A stretch of 64,000 bases of DNA from Cirrosporium novae-zelandiae (taxonomy: Eukaryota): positions 248,001 through 312,000 of the forward strand of contig JAPETS010000002.1 of assembly GCA_026023565.1 (NCBI GenBank), read 5' to 3'. The first letter of the stretch is position 1, and every line of letters begins with the position of its first letter. A program made the translations under genes and the position numbers. A model generated the notes under the pieces. It was not told the DNA's origin and made no database searches. It saw only the letters and a program-made list of their open reading frames with translations. Below, piece after piece: positions 63,409 through 64,000 of the stretch.

Positions 63409-64000
63409 CTAGTCGAGTTTGCTAGTTTTCATTTGACGAGAGAAATACACCGAACGAGGTTCGGTTTTTTCTCTTCGAGAATTCCAGAATTCAATAATAT
63501 TTGGGAGGGATTTTTGGTTGACAAATCCAATGTTGATGACCTTCACATCGTAATTTACAATGTAAATTTCATCAAGGTCAACGCTTGAATTGGGATGTAA
63601 TATCTGGTCGGGGTTTACTGGTATGATGCTGATTGATCTTTTGGGATCGACGGATTCTTGTTCAGGGGAGAATGGCTGTTCGCCTTCGATGTGAGTCATG
63701 ATATGTGACGCTTGATCAATCTTGTCATTCGAGGAGTCAATAGGTCTAAATAAATTAGCCACACGCAACATGCAATTTTTTTGGAAATTACTTACGAACA
63801 CACGCAACATTCTTCTATATTCTCAACGACAAGCATCCAGGCCAAATCCCAGGTTTTCCGAGATCCATCGCATTGAATAGTTGTTATAGTTTCACCGACA
63901 TCTAACGCGACTTCTGGCAATTTTTCCCGCAGCATTGCAAACACCTGTATATGTATTAGAAACTTTTTTATATTTGAGGTAAGAGAAGATTCCAACCCTT
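63409..64000 (-). CDS. 3' part of a second, diverged DUF6590-like gene (5' end lies beyond the window); intron 63746-63795
   Basis: VFAMLREK...MLVVENIEECCVC-SPIDSS...SSVDLDEIYIVNYDVKVINIGFVNQKSLPNIIEFW aligns by eye with the domain at 56.3-56.9 kb. Confidence 0.6.

Overview
Eukaryotic, intron-containing DNA from a filamentous ascomycete (Pezizomycotina-type GT-AG introns, mostly 47-90 nt, with CTRAY branch points). It holds a housekeeping block: arginyl-tRNA synthetase, a Gac1-like PP1 glycogen-targeting subunit, a Nudix hydrolase, SMC3 head-to-head with RIO1, ATG17 head-to-head with SconB/Met30, IPK1 and DBP9. It also holds a spliced C2H2 zinc-finger gene that the ORF track shows only in fragments, a metallo-beta-lactamase-fold protein that has lost its metal ligands, two DUF6590-like paralogues, several hypothetical genes and relics, and a three-tRNA cluster at 27.4-28.3 kb. 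The standout observation is a tRNA-Thr(AGU) gene (27755-27911) with two introns of different type: a normal tRNA intron at 37/38, and a 58-nt insert with all the signals of a spliceosomal intron (GTAAGC...TTCTAAT...TTAG) inside the T-arm/B-box. Removing both yields a fully canonical 73-nt cloverleaf. Secondary findings are a four-fold helical repeat expansion inside ArgRS, probable dual mitochondrial/cytosolic starts for ArgRS, and a ~90-nt intergenic hairpin. Gene models were spliced by eye and family names come from motif recognition; no database search was run.
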